Shown here piece by piece: positions 1 to 50,514 of a DNA stretch of 64,000 nucleotides. The notes below the pieces were generated by a model, which worked only from the letters and a program-made list of their open reading frames with translations, did not search any database and had not been told where the DNA came from. Origin of the DNA: Eledone cirrhosa (Eukaryota); NCBI GenBank assembly GCA_964016885.1, contig OZ024742.1, forward strand, positions 223,820,001 to 223,884,000, given 5' to 3'. Position numbers and translations under genes: made by a program. Position 1 is the first letter of the stretch, and each line of letters opens with the position of its first letter.

Positions 1-109
1 AATACATATCTATACATATATACATATCTAGGTATATACACACACACATATATATATATATATATACACACGCATACATACATATATAGATATACACATA
101 TTTATTAGT

Positions 110-780
110 GAGGGCTGGATCAACAAAGCGATATGCTGATGTGTTGTTTCCTTGAGCAAGACACTTTACTTCACATTGCTCCAGTTTACTCAGCTGTAGA
201 AATGAGTTGATAGGACTGGGGTCTCTATCATTCCACTGCAAAGCACCCAGCCCACACTGTAAAGTGGACGTGTAGGCGCCACGGCAAAAAAGCACCCAGC
301 ACTCACTGTAAAGTGGACGTGTAGGCGCCACGAAAAAGCACCCAGCACTCACTGTAAATGAGGTTGGTGTTAGGAAGGGCATCAAGCTGTAGAAATCAAG
401 CCAGAATCAGTTCCTGTCCCACCTTTGCAAGCAGGGAAAAGCGGACGTAAAATGATGATATATATATATATATATGCTGAAGCATATAGTCAATATGCCC
501 CCATCCTTTCCCACTGCAAAGTGGTTGTGGAGGTGCCACGGCAAAAAAGCACCCAGCCCACACTGTAAAGTGGACGTGGAGGCGCCACGGCAAAAAGGCA
601 CTCAGCACCCACTGTAAATGAGGTTGATGTTAGGAAGGGCATCCAGCTGAAGAAATCAAGACAGAATCAGTTCCCGTTTGAGCAAGACAAGGTCAGCTGA
701 CCGGACACTGCCCACAACAGGACAACCCGTCTAACCCATGCTAGCATGGAAGAACAGACGTAAAACGGTGATGATGATGT
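110..780 (+). mobile_element. Tandem SINE copies with CORE-like central domain, about 50-bp internal repeats and RTE-derived (GAT)n tail
   Basis: ccttgagcaagacactttacttcacattgctccag; ttaggaagggcatccagctgtag; tail acccatgctagcatggaa..acgtaaaacg(gat)n. Near-identical copy at about 52790-53060 and many degraded copies window-wide. Confidence 0.7.
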
Positions 781-1444
781 ATATATCTATATGTATATAT
801 ATGTACATATCTATATATACATATATCTATATGTATATATATAGAGAGAGAGATATGTATATACACATATATATATGTACATATCTCTATACATATATAT
901 CTATCTATACATATCTCTATACATACATACATATATATATGTACATATCTCTATATATACCTATATTTACATACATATCAACAGTAGCCACTGATAGAAC
1001 CTTAAGCCAGCTCTACTAATTAAAAAATTTTCAAATTTTCATTAGCACTAATACAATAATTCAACAGTAAGAATTGCCCAGACAAAGTGTATCCATATAC
1101 CATGCATGTATATAAACACATAATTGCAATGACATAAGATCTGAAAACACACACACATATATATATATATATAATGTGTGTGTGTGTGTGTGTGATAGCA
1201 AATTGGCCAAGATGTTAGAATGTTTTGTGATATTCATTCCAGTTCAAATCCCGCCATGGCCAATGTTGTCTCTCGGTCTTTTGAAATCAATAGAAAAAAG
1301 CATTACTCTTATTCTGGGATTGATTCTTCCTCTATATCTCTTTCTCTGGAAGAAATTGGCTGATCCATTAGCAGTTATGGACCCATAAAGATATATACAC
1401 ATACACACATATATATATATATTGTATGTATGTATGTACATATA

Positions 1445-1496
<52 letters not shown>

Positions 1497-2172
1497 CATA
1501 TTATATATGATTGAGCACTGTTCACAATTCCGAATGGAGTTACTAGGGTGCCATTATGCACTATGTCTGTTGTTTTAAACCTGGCATTGTCACCCCCACC
1601 GCACCAATTTTTTTCCAGAGAAAGAATGGAGCCCAGTACTAGACTGATACCTTATTGACCTCCAAAGAATGAAATGCAAAGTTTGCCTCATCAGGATTTG
1701 AACTCATATTGAGAGTAGGAATGAGTACCTCAAATATTCTACCTGACACCTCATACATATACAAAGCATATGGCCTAGTGGTTAGGACTCAACAATCTTA
1801 AAGCCAAAAGTTCATTTCACAGTGCTTTTCATGATAGGTTTGAGACCCCTATCATTAAAACATCCGAGAAACTTCCTATCAGATACAGCCTTTTCAAAGG
1901 GCAGCAATACTTACATAGATGAGAGCTATCAATTTCATTTTTTTTTAAAACAAACACACACACACATATATATATATATTATATACACACACACACACGA
2001 TTGTACAACATGTGCCACTACTACTTGCATCTTTTTTTATATTCCTTTCCATCATTTTCTCTTTTCGAAGAAGAGATAAGTTTGAAACATCAAAGATCTT
2101 CCCATTTCTATTTCCAGAACATCAACATCAACTACACTGCTGTTCTTTTCATGTCATCAGTTTGTCAAATAC

Positions 2173-2380
<208 letters not shown>

Positions 2381-2490
2381 ATATATCTATCACCTAATTG
2401 TATATACAAACATATAATATACATAAAATATGTACACAAAACAATGATGATATTTTATATATGTATATTTACAATATACAATTATATATG

Positions 2491-2537
<47 letters not shown>

Positions 2538-2827
2538 ATACATAATACGTTGTGTTCCGTATATATATATATAAATATATCGAGACAGACAGACTATATA
2601 TTTATATATTCATATATATCGCGCTTTATATGCTACACATATTGCATATATAATTACACATAATGTATTGTATTATATATATATATAATGCAACAACGTA
2701 CGTTACATATATGTCAAATATTGTAATTTCCCGTTCATTTTCTACAACCATATATCCTCTTCATACGTACAAATATATCGCACATACGTTTTACACCAAT
2801 ATACACTTCTTATAAACGAACACACAC

Positions 2828-2884
<57 letters not shown>

Positions 2885-4239
2885 TTGGCGTGAATTATTG
2901 GTTTATATAGGTAATTTAAATAATTTACATATATTAGTATTTACGTCTATCAGATATTCACAATAAAATTGTGTGTATGTGTATATATATATATATATAG
3001 CTGGAAACGAAATATATCAATCAGCATTTTCTGTATTATTTGTAAAGAGGAAAAATCGCATGGTAGTACGAATGACATTAAAAGTTACTGAAAGAAAGTC
3101 AACAGTGATATCAGAAATACATTATTGTTATGTATTTTTATATAAATTCAACCCTATGATGTATTCTAAACGCTTAAAACGTTAGCTACCGAAGCATGTT
3201 GAACATAGTAAGACATTATTTACAGACTACATTGTTAAAACACACACACAAAAAAAACTAATTGCGGCATGTATGGATCGTTTAGTTTTAAAGTGGGCAC
3301 ATTAAAATAGAAATCGAACCCAATGATTGTATTATGAATTAGTAAGTTAAAGATCAAATATATATACATATGGGTAGAATAACGATCAAAATATCCTAAT
3401 AACAAGATGATGTTGCTCAGAAGCATACAAATAGATTAGCTTTGCAGGATTTTTTACCCCCACTAGAGCAGATTTAAAAAGGAGGGGGGTGTTGATATAT
3501 AGAATCAGCGTGTGTGGCATATGTCTAAAAAGAATATAAGATCTATGCAGGATTTTTATTTCCCACCTAATTTGTATTAAGCTGCGATAAGAGTACAAAT
3601 AGTAAATATTAATTTCCAGTTCATAAAAACAGCATGGGCACATCAGCGTTGGTGATAAGACACACACCCACATGACAATGCAACTTCGATTGGGGATATT
3701 AACAGTAACTATGCATGGAAGAGAGTTATTATCATGTTAGACGATAATATTGAAGTATCTATTATATTATTTTCCGCTAAATATAAATAGAAATAACAAC
3801 TATACGAGAGAAATGCAGACATGGCTTCAGGAATTATCTAAATGAGATGGAAAAGCGTCATCTTAAGCATCACACTTACACAATAGATATCAAACCTTCC
3901 ACTACCACATGATGATCTTATATGCATTTGTTCAGACGTTTTCGTTACATTTTACTTCTAAGTCTACTTTTGCAGATACCTTTAGAATAACCGATGCGAC
4001 ATATTTATATAGTTTCCGGTAGAAAAATAAAAACAAAGAGTATTTTCATACTTCACCAATTATCCCGTAGTGGTGGATGGAACACAGAGACAGAGGAACA
4101 TCAGTTAAGGAAAATATTTTTACTGGCGTTATAGGGGCAATAATTATCGATAAAATTTTAAATAACAATTCAGAAATTTAGTTATGTGTTTACTACCTTA
4201 ATTGGTAACATGTTTCTGAAAAGTACGAAATTTATTTTC

Positions 4240-4674
4240 TAGCACTCACCTTCAGAGGACGAGATGCTTTGACTTTACGCGGGGAAAACCGTATTTTCTA
4301 TTGGCTACAATTGTTCATGTGATACAATTTGCCTTCATAATTTTATAACGCGCACTCTTATTGGTTACTTTTTGAGTAGGCTACTGATCCCGTACAAAAG
4401 AGAATTAATTTAAAATTTATATTATTAAATTATTTTTTAAATTTTTAAGACTTAAGCTCTTAATTTTTTAATTAAAAAAATAAAAATAATCTGCATTCTT
4501 ATTAATAAGCATTTAAAACTGTCGACACTTATTTTACTAACGCTATGGTATTCGCTTCAGTTTGACTAATCCTTCCTGATAACACTACGCAATATATTAT
4601 TCGTCGGGCTTCGAATTTTGTTGGTAGTAGCAAAATTGTAAGTATTATACAAGGATATTATATAACCGAAGATT
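4240..4674. promoter_or_regulatory. SPG7 promoter region, probably bidirectional
   Basis: Repeat-free and CpG-retaining; ATTGG (CCAAT) boxes at 4300 and 4360; consensus minus-strand donor AAG|GTGAGT at 4250/4249. Confidence 0.5.
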
Positions 4675-40224
<35,550 letters not shown>

Positions 40225-40517
40225 CATCTCAATATTAACAATTTTCAGCAAATTTATAAGCCCATCTGAATTAACAATTTTCAGGTGTTATAACATAAAT
40301 CTTTAACCCTTGAAAATTAACAATTTTCAACGGTTGAAAGAGCAAATTTATATACCTCTGAAAATTAACAATTTTGAAGGGTTATAACACAAACTTATAA
40401 ACCTTTCAAAATTAACAATTCCAAGAAATAGTGATATTTTTTAATGTGATTGTAATTTATTGGAATGTCAGCATCTCTGCTACCTAGATTGGTTTTATGC
40501 TGTTATTTAAATGTAGA

Positions 40518-40523
40518 AATAAA
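40518..40523 (+). terminator. Candidate SPG7 polyadenylation signal AATAAA
   Basis: AATAAA about 300 nt after the stop, followed by T-rich downstream sequence. Confidence 0.55.
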
Positions 40524-42129
40524 ATCTATTTATTTAAAAAAATATTAAAGTCTCTATTATTTATTTTGTTTAAAATATGAAACTTAAATATTCATTGATT
40601 AGTACTTTTGACACCAATCTGTCTGAATCTGCTCTTACAAAACTTTCTTTTGAAATTATTCCTCTCTTTTGTCCATATTGACATACAGCAGTTCTAGGAC
40701 ATTTTATAACCTGGTGGAGCCCATCTCCTCTTCAGGTCTGAATACAGCCAATTTCTTCCAAAGAAAGATAGAGAGTAAGAGAATGGAAATGAGAAAGAAA
40801 TATACAGGAAGAATCGATTCCAGTACTAGACTGTTACTTTTTTTTATCAACCTTTAATGGATGAAAGACAAAGTTTTTAAGTCATTATTGTCTTGTTTAA
40901 CATCCACTTTGCCTGGTAGCAAGAGTTTGACGGGTCGTCAGCAAACCAAGTTTGAGATAATAACCCCACAGATGGATCGGCAGTCTGCATCTTCCAACAG
41001 ACAGGCTTACATACAGAATGCATGTTATCATGACACCAACACAAGGAAGGTTGTCATGTCCTTGATGCAGCTGAAGAATCCTCTTAACCTTTTGTTTGGC
41101 AAGTTTTCTATGGCTGGATGTCCTTCCTATCACCAACCACTTTACAGAATGTACTGGGTGCATATATCGTGTAAATCACCAACACTAGGGAGTTGTCATG
41201 TCTTTGATTCACCTGAAAAGTCTTTATTTATCTTTAAAAAACTTACATCATAATTTTATGTAAGAACTTTTGTTAAGATATGTTCCAAACACCAGCTTAA
41301 TGAGAAGATTATATTACTAAATCATTCCAAATTCTGGGGTATTTTCAGAATTATTTGAAAATCACAGGTAGTGTCTTTCATCAGAAGTATGGTAACGAAA
41401 GGGGTAGTCCAGCTCACAAACCTAAGAGGCAGCCTCTACATTCAATTGGCTGGAAATAACAGCCAAATCTTTCATAACATAATCTTCTGTTTTTTCTTGT
41501 TTTTGCTTTTTGTTTTAAGTGTCAGATAATGTTGTACTAAATGCATTATGATTTCAAAAGAGATAGCCATGGAGGAAATCTCTTTGATCACGGATCTGTT
41601 CAGTGTGAATAAGTACGTCATCAAAAGTCACAAAGTACATTGCTTCTTCATTAAAAGCAACGTCTTCTTTAATTATAGCAGAAATCCTGTCTTGAATAAC
41701 AAAAATATAGTAGAAGGGAGACAATGCAACCTCCAGTGTTATCTCCCTTGGAGGAGCCCTCTTAAAATTAATTTGGTGGAGAATCCATTTATAAATTTAC
41801 TTTACCAAATACACTATTTTTGTAAAATAAAATTTTAAATATTGAAAATGAATAAAAGATCTCGTTTTTTTTCTCTCTCATAAAGATGACTCCATGATAT
41901 ATTGTAGTTATAACGACATCGGTAATCTTTCGTTTTAAGATCACAAACATCTCTATATGTGAAAATTGTCAGCAGTCAGCCAGAATTGACTATCTTAAAA
42001 CGAAGAATTGTTTACTTTCATGTATTTTTCGTGTATCACATACCCTTATATTTTAATGTGACGTTTACCCGTTTTCTTCGATGATAATAATTTATATTTT
42101 TCATAATATATCAGTCGAACTTTATCAGG

Positions 42130-42561
42130 TAAATATCCCCTCAGTTCTGGGGCTGGCTAGATTATCCAGAATAGATAGGAATCGACCAGATGGTCTTACT
42201 TTTTGTCCATGGATTAAGAGGTAAATGTCTCATCTGGGATACCACAACCAGTAACTCTTTTTCTCCCTCCTACATCATGGATGCCACAGTAAATGTGAGG
42301 GTCACTGCTTCCGTTGCCGAACAGAATAAAATCCTAAATTACCAGGAATTATCAAACAAATATTTTTTCCAGCTTGTGGTCTGCGAGACATTTGGTGGAG
42401 CTGGGCTGTTGACAGTGAAGTTCTTGAAACTGTTAGCGGCTCGCCTTACCGAGGTCTCAGGTGATGCCCATAAGGGTGCCTGCTTCTTTCAGCGCCTTAG
42501 CCTCGCCACCACCCACAGTAATTCTGCGAGTATGTCGGCTTTCCTCAAAAATTTCCATTGA
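42130..42561 (+). mobile_element. CRE-like non-LTR retrotransposon 3' fragment (restriction-like endonuclease)
   Basis: RPDGLT..PW [frameshift] GKCLIWDTT..SY..AEQNKILNY..YFF..VCETFG..FQRLSLA. Confidence 0.8.
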
Positions 42562-44652
42562 CCCTTTTATTGTGCGACCACTTGTTGCACTTGGTGGTGA
42601 ATTGATGGTCGTTTTTGTTTGTTTCGTTGTTTTTTCTTTCTTTCTCTCGCTTTGATCATTTGGTGTGTCATATTTGTAAGGTTCCTAGCAATAATTAATT
42701 ATTTATTATATGTGTTTATATTTTCATTCTGAAAGAATTTTGAACAATTCGTAATGTTATTTATTCAACTGAATAAATTTTCAAGTAATGAAACGCATAT
42801 AATAGAATGTATTTAAGTATTCACTGTTGTATAACAAAATATATAATAATTGTTTATAATTTTGGCACAAGGGCAGCAATTATTCCAGTACATTACTGGT
42901 ACTTTATTTTATCGACCCCATAAGGATGAAAGGCAAAATGAACCTCGGCGGGATTTGAACTCAGACTATAAAGGGGCGTAACTCTATGCTGCAAAGCATG
43001 GCGTCCGACCTTCTAATAATTGTTTCTACTTTAGGCACAAGGCCAGCAATTACCCAGAACAAAAGCCCAAACAAATATAATATAAAGGAAAGGGCAAGGG
43101 AAAACAAAACAAAAAAAGAAAATAAACAAACGGTTAGCACATACAACAAAGGACAGGCGAAAGGGGTGGACAACCGAGCCGCTGCCAGAGTAAAAGATAA
43201 CAGTATTCAAGTAATTATACAGAGAAATCAGGTAGCATTCACTTTCTTGTCTTCACTCACGAAAATTACTGGAAGTGTCTGTGATTTAAAACGAAGAATT
43301 ATTTTCACATTTTTTTTAGAAACTAGAATTTTTTCCATACGCTGGTGTGTATGTGTATGTGTGTGCGTGTGTGTATGTGCATATGCATACATTTATATGT
43401 ATGAGTATATAAATATAAATGTGCAAACACAAACACGCTTACAAAAATACACATTTACAAACACACACATACATTCACCAGCCCCCCCCCCCACCTTCCT
43501 TTTACACACACACTCACACAGGCAGCAGACGTAAAGAGAGGAGTAATATGAGGTAATCAAACTACTCTCTCTTTACGTGTTGTGACAGAATCGCAGAAAT
43601 TTATAAATTGATGAAAGAAAGAAGCAGCCTTTGTTTAACAATCGATTTCTATATACTGCACCATCCTGTATCCATCCTACTCTCACATTGAAGATGTTAC
43701 CCAAACAAAGACATCTTACAGTTTTAAATAAACTTTAATTGACTCTTTCAGCTTATCTCCCTCAATGTCCTCAAATAATTACAATTTAGCGCCATCACCT
43801 GACATGCTTTCCTCATAACTTTCTTAATAATTGATACTTTTTGATGAAATGTTTTCAGAAATACATTTTCAAAGGTGTATATTTTTTAAATATTTCATTA
43901 TTGTGTATAATTCTATTCGTCAGTTCTCTCATTTACTGAAAACTTTCGATTTGTGTTTGTAGTAGATTAAACATAGAACTCAGAAATGTTATCTTCCTTT
44001 CCATTCAAGTTAGTTCACCACCCTGCAATACTCAGCATATTTTCTATACCAACCTGGCCAAAACAATCTCTGTATCTGAGTTTCTTATTTAACTTTAAAC
44101 TTTCCAACATAATTTTACATAAAAAACATCTGTTAAGTTACTATCTTAGTAATGGAATAATTAATCATTTTACTAAATCCCTCAAAATTATTCATTAATT
44201 AATTAAAAGATGGTTTATTCCATTAGAAATATAACTAAAGAGTAAACATTAAGCAAATTACAATAATTGAATTGAATGGCAACAGTTATTGTACAGATAT
44301 ATTTCATGTTACCATTCTGTTTCTCTATTTCAATACCTTAACCATTTCATTAGCATATCTCGATTGAAAAACACTGTCTGGGATTTTCAAATAATTTTGA
44401 AAATAGGCTGGTGTTTGAAACAATGTTCTTACATAATGAATGACAGAAGGTTTTTAGATAAATATAAACACTTTAAAACAGAGTTTTATATCATAGTACC
44501 AAGGGTTATTTAAGGCAATTTCAAGTATTAAACTTATCAGAGAGCAATTAGGATTAATTTATCTATATCAAATTTCTTGGGAGTAAAACTTGTTATACTA
44601 ACTCAATTATTATTAGTAATTTATTAGTGACACCATTATTCTAACTATTCTC

Positions 44653-44789
44653 AATATGCACCTTGAAGAATTTTTTTCTGCTTTTCAAACCCCTGAATGT
44701 GTACCTTGAAGAATATTTTTCTGCTTTTCAAACCCCTGAATATGCACCTTGAAGAATTTTTTTCTGCTTTTCAAACCTCTGAATGTGTA
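44653..44789. repeat. 43-bp tandem repeat, 3.2 copies
   Basis: aatatgcaccttgaagaatttttttctgcttttcaaacccctg. Confidence 0.9.
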
Positions 44790-47324
44790 ACGTATTGCAG
44801 AACTATGATGTCTCATTTGCCAATCGCATTAATATTTTTATAGTCAAGAGATTAATGTCCAAGAATGATTAATTTTAAAAGATTTCCAAATTGTTGCACA
44901 TCGATTTTTGAGGCTCTGAATTACCCCTCAAAAGCGGAAATTTCCATTTCAAACCATTTTCAAGGGACACAAATTGATTCTTAAATCAGTTTAAAATACT
45001 TTGTCTATTTTTCTAGACTCACCTCCAGTTGGACTTTCAGAATATGTATAGTTTTATATGATTTTAACTTTGTGATAAGCAGTTATCAATGGTTCAAAAA
45101 TTTCTTTTTTAAATGTGCATTTTGACACTTTTTCACTTTTCCCATTTTTTAACCCCCTACATGCACTGAAAATCAGGCCTTTTAGGTAACTAAATTCAAG
45201 TGTTCTGTCATGGTTCCAAGGCATACTGCATGATTAGAGAAGATGGGGTGATCAACAGTTGTTGCTATTCAGTAACAGCCACCTAAACTTTGAGGTTTTT
45301 TCAAAAATAGCCTCCAAGACCTGGATTTTCCAAATTTTCAGTTAACATTTTTTTTTAAATTGCCGGCTTAAAGTAATTGGCTTTTAGTGTCTGGGGGACT
45401 TCTGAAATCTTTAAATAGCCATAAAATCTGATTGCTAAGCACTATGGAGTTTTATTACTTCTCTCATGGATACCAATAAATGGTGAAAATTTGAAGAAAA
45501 TCTGAAGACCTCTGGGAAGGACACCTGTTGAATTTCATTGGAATAACAAGTTTAAATTAATCCATGAATACATATTGACATAATAACAAGATTATGCATC
45601 AGAGGAATATATTTAATTTGTGTGTCTTGGTTGTTTAAATAGGATTGCTATGAATGAGATGGTTTGCATAACGTAGCATTTAACTCTTTTGATACCACTT
45701 TAGTCATTTAAACACTTCCTTACCACATTTCTAATGAAACACTGTCTATACAATAATCAAAAAGTGGGGGTGATTTAGTAATATAACTTACTTTTTCATT
45801 ATTAACCAGCTTCTTATTTGTAATGAAAAACATTGCCTAAGATTTTCAAATAAATTTGAAAACAATCAAGAATTTGGGGAAGATTTAGTAATATAACTTT
45901 CTCATTATCAAATTGGTGTTTGAAATATAATTTATCAATGGTTCTTACATAAAATTATGATAAAAAAGCAGCTTTGTATCATAGAACTCGGAGCAGTTTC
46001 AGGTGATTTGATAATGAATGAGTTTAGCTTTGTGTTTTTTGGTTTGATTTAAAATGAAATCAAGATCTATAGAGCAAGGGTCCATTCATTCTATTTTGCT
46101 ACATAATTAACTGAATCTAAGCTGTTATCTACCAAGGTTAACCCTTGAAATGTCCGAACCACATCAGCTAGCAGGTAAATATGATAATGAAAATTATTGT
46201 GTACAGTACTCAGGTGCAACTCATCAAAAATGCATGTAAAGTACATAGAATAATGTTCAAATGTCAGGAAAGTGAACAGTATATGAGTCATGATATACAC
46301 ATAGATATATGCATGCGTGTATATGGAGGGGGAATATCAGGTGGAGTGTTGATGAATTTTGGGAAGCATGGACGTTTTGAAGGGTACAGTGTCCCGACAG
46401 CTAACAACTGATGCAGGTAGTTTGTTCCATCCTTCAACAACTCTGAGCGTAAAAAAATGTAGAAACTATGCCAAATATAATCAATAAAATCTTTATTCAA
46501 CAGATTTTAATGAAATTATATAATGTTTGCAATAAAAAAAATGTTAAATGACATCTGTTGCATCAGTCACTCTACCTGATGGGGCTTCATTTTTTGGTGG
46601 GATGCACTTTTCTCAATTTTGCAGATGAAAATGGCAGTTCGGAGATTGGGGTCACCAAAGCTCTCAATTGTGACTGATATGAAAAGTATAATGTAGCCCT
46701 TGACCTGTCTGTATGGATATTAGCTCCAATTAAATACTGATTTGGTCTGTGTCAACTCGTCCAACCCACACCAACATGGAAAAACAGGCATTAAATGACG
46801 ATAGTGACTTCCTGGTGGAATTGTAGGGACAGCAGTATGACATATGGCATATCTTGGGTATCTTAAACCTGGCAGAGCCCATTCCTACCAATGATTAGTG
46901 GCAGTTGATTTCTTCCAGAAAGAGACAAAGGAAGGATGTGGAGGTGGAGGCAGAAGTATTGGACTTCATTTTATTCACTTTGAAATGTTTGAATCCCTTG
47001 GCACAAATTGCTATTAAAATGCAAATTGCCAGGGTAGATGTTGCAAGAAAATTCAGCCACTCTACCACCCTTGGACTACTACTTTATTTTATTGACCCCA
47101 AAAGAATGAAAAGTATAGTTGATTTTCACTGGATCTGAACTGAGGGAGCAGAGAGTTGAAACAAATATGGCAAAGCATTCTAGCCAATGCACTAATGACT
47201 CAAGTGAAGGTGTGTGGCCAAGTGGTTAGGGTGTTGCACTCAAGATCATAATATCATGGGTTCAATTCCCTGACTGAATGATGTACTGTGTTCTTGCGCA
47301 AGATGCTTCCTTTCACATTGATAG

Positions 47325-48205
47325 AACTGGGGCCCTTATCATTAAAACACCTGAGAAACCTCCTTCGAGATGCAACCTTATAGGAGGCCAGCTGAATCTA
47401 TATTGGTGTAATCTGGGGTCCCTGTCAATCAAAACACCTGAGAAACCTCCTATAAGATGCAATCTTATAGGAGGTTAGCCAAATTGGCATAGATGTATGC
47501 TGAAACAACAGCATATGACTGGGGTTTCTTTTATTAAAACACCTGAGAAAACTCTTATGAAATGCACTTTTGAAAAAGTGCAGCTAAACCTACATAGGTG
47601 TGAGCTGTAACAACAACATGTGTAAGATAGGAGTGGGATCCCTATCATTAAAACACCTGATAAACCTCCTATGAGATACAACCTCATAGGAGGCCAGCTA
47701 AATCTCCATAGATGTGAGCTGTGACAACAACATGATAAGACTGGGGTTGTTGAAGGTGAAGTTGAGTCCTGTAACTCTTGATAGAGTCATAGGGACGCCG
47801 TGTGTCAATACGGCATTTCTTGGGCAATTTAAGCCTGGCAGAGCCCATCCCTCTCCAGGTCTGTGTACAGCAGATTTCTTCCAGAGAAAATTAGAAAGTG
47901 AGAGAGAGGAAATGAGAAAGAGATATAGAAGAATAATCAACCCCAGTACTAAACTGGTACTTTTTTTATCGATCTCGAAAGGGTGAAAGGCAAAGTTGAT
48001 TTCGGCAAGATTTGAACTCAGAGAGTAGAGAGCCAGAACGGATACCATAAATCATTCTATCTGACGTTCTAATGACTCTGCCAATTTGCTGCCTAAGACT
48101 GGGGTACCTATCATTAAAACAACTGAAAAAACTGCTATGAGATGCAACCACGTAGGAGGCCAACTAAATGTACATAGGTGTATGTGAGCTGTAACAACAA
48201 CAACT
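47325..48205. repeat. Array of hairpin-containing units of about 85-115 bp, interrupted by a SINE
   Basis: atcattaaaacacctgagaaacctcctatgagatgcaacctcataggaggccagctaa repeated about 5 times. Confidence 0.85.
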
Positions 48206-48582
48206 ACATGATTTAGCCAATATGGATACATTTAATTAATTAGTGTAGACTGAGGGTGATTGATGTATGAAAATAATATCTCAATCTATATTAAATGACC
48301 TGTAGTTTAGCTTTCCCTCACCCCTCACCCCACCGACACACCTCCACAAATACGTCAACATCAACAGCTGACTGATTGAAATAACATTGTGGATGATGAA
48401 TTGGCAGGTGTGGTAATAACTGTGTGGTTAATGAGTTCACTTCACAACAATGTGGTTATGGTTTCAGTCCCACTGTGTGACATCTCGGGCAAGTGTCCTC
48501 TACAGTAGTTTCAAACAGATCAATGTCTTTTGAATGAAATTTAGTAGATGGAAACTCTGCAGAAGCTTGTCTTATATATATA

Positions 48583-49336
48583 CTAGCAGAATGGCCCAGC
48601 ATCGCTCGGGCTTGTAAACATAGATTGGCATGTTTATCCCTCCTTTCTGAAACAGTACAGAGAAATACAGAATACCTCGGCCTGGGGAAGGTGTTTACAT
48701 TTTGTACTTATAAAAAAAAATTTGTCGTAGATTACCAGGGATTTAACTTAATTGGGTGCCTGAGAGTAAATGTTCAACCCACGAAAGCCAAGACAATTAA
48801 GTAAAAAGGCATTCGACAAACTGAACATGTATTTGTTGTGCTATGGTACAATGAAAGCAATAGTTACAGAGCAGTAAGCATGTGGGACTGCAGTGGTGGA
48901 GAGCATGAAGTAATTTAGTTGGATACTTTTAAGGTTACAAAAATCTACCCAATCTGATATAGACTGAACTGTTATATCGGATGCCGAACGCTTCGGAGTT
49001 ACTATTGAGGTCACCATCAACAATTTCAAGGGATGTACATTTAAGTAGGGATAATATAGTCTATAAAGAGAGGTAACTCTTTCAAAATACTAAAGAGTTG
49101 TCTCTCTTGAACATTGTAGACAAAATTGCAGAACTGACAAAAAGGGCTTAAAGTTTTAGTGAAAAAAACGCCTTTAACAACAGAAAATTGAAAAATAAAA
49201 GCTGCAGTTAATATCTTTAGAATGCAAGGAATATATAAATGGAAGTTTGAAGTCAATCGGAGTAGAAATGTGGATTTGTATAGACTTTCCAAAATTAGGA
49301 CACACAGACAATTTCAGTTTTATATATATGTATAGA
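48583..49336 (-). mobile_element. Non-autonomous Helitron
   Basis: Minus strand A|TCTATACATATATATAAAAC ... GCCCGAGCGATGCTGGGC hairpin, CTAG|T. Confidence 0.8.
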
Positions 49337-50514
49337 TGACTATTCCAATCCATTCATGTCATATATGTAATTTTAACCTTTTCATCATTTTTTTTTTCAT
49401 TTTTTTCTATAGTTTTATCGCATACTTCTCTGCTGCTTCCCCAATGTACTTGTCACAGCGCGTCTTCCTCACCATCCTCCAGGGAAATGCATTCTCTCTT
49501 CTGTCCACTGGGGCCGTGGAGCAGCCAGCACGTGGGCCCCCATTTGCTCATAATAATTGTTTTTACTTTAGGCACAAGGCCAGCAATTATCCCAGTGCAT
49601 TACTGGTACTTTATTTTATCGACCCCGTAAGGATGAAAGGCAAAGTTAACCTCGGCGGCATTTGAACTCAGATCATAAAGGGACGTAACTATGCTGGAAA
49701 GCATGGCGTCCGACCCTCTACCGATACTGCCAATCCGCCGCCCTTTTGCTCATAATAATGAGAGATGGAGACAGTGACAGTGGGAGTTTGGTTCTTTTGT
49801 GTGTGGACCTAGTGTATATGTATATGTTTCACAGACACACACACATCTTAAGTTAATATGGAAAGAATGCCAAAATAAATTCTTATTTAGAGTAAACAGT
49901 TATGGAGAAGAAAGACTGAGTAAAAATATTTTAATATAGAATCTACAGGGGAAAACCATGCCCTTTGAGAGATACACTTGAATGAAATTAAATGAAACAG
50001 ATTAATTTCTGATGTTCCAGGTTCCAATTGTCAAGATTTGCTCCTTTTCAAACCCTCTTTGGGGTCTTGGGATACGCAGTTTTTGTGCATCCATCCCAGG
50101 CCTCACAGTTTTTGTGCATCCATCCCAGGCCTCACAGTTTTTGCGGCATGAAATGGAGACTGCAATATATTTTTTGAACAGTTAACAGGCCTCTCTACCT
50201 AAGGCCTGAACGCATCCCTTGTTAACCCACATGAAGGACGATGTGGTATGGTTCTTTTTTGTATCTCTCACCATATTTCAATTTCAGTGGTCTTATTCGT
50301 ACCAGTCAGTCACCAATCTGGTACTTTCTCAAACATACGAAGACTAGGCTTTTTTAAAGCAGCCTTTACTTGCCTCATCATAGTTACATCACTGAGTTGT
50401 GAGAGTTTCTTGTCACCCATTGCTCCATCTCCTCTAGTAGTTTACTGTTGTTGGTCTGGGGTTACTTATTCATCCGGCAGGTGCCTGCTTATATTGCAAC
50501 TAACCATCATAACT

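Noticed and set aside
44800-45550. Possible DNA-transposon remnant (terminus-like GTTATTCCAATGAAATTCAAC on minus)
   Set aside because: No matching second terminus, TSD or coding remnant found by eye.
50077-50143. 29-bp direct repeat, 2.3 copies
   Set aside because: Simple local duplication with no further structure.
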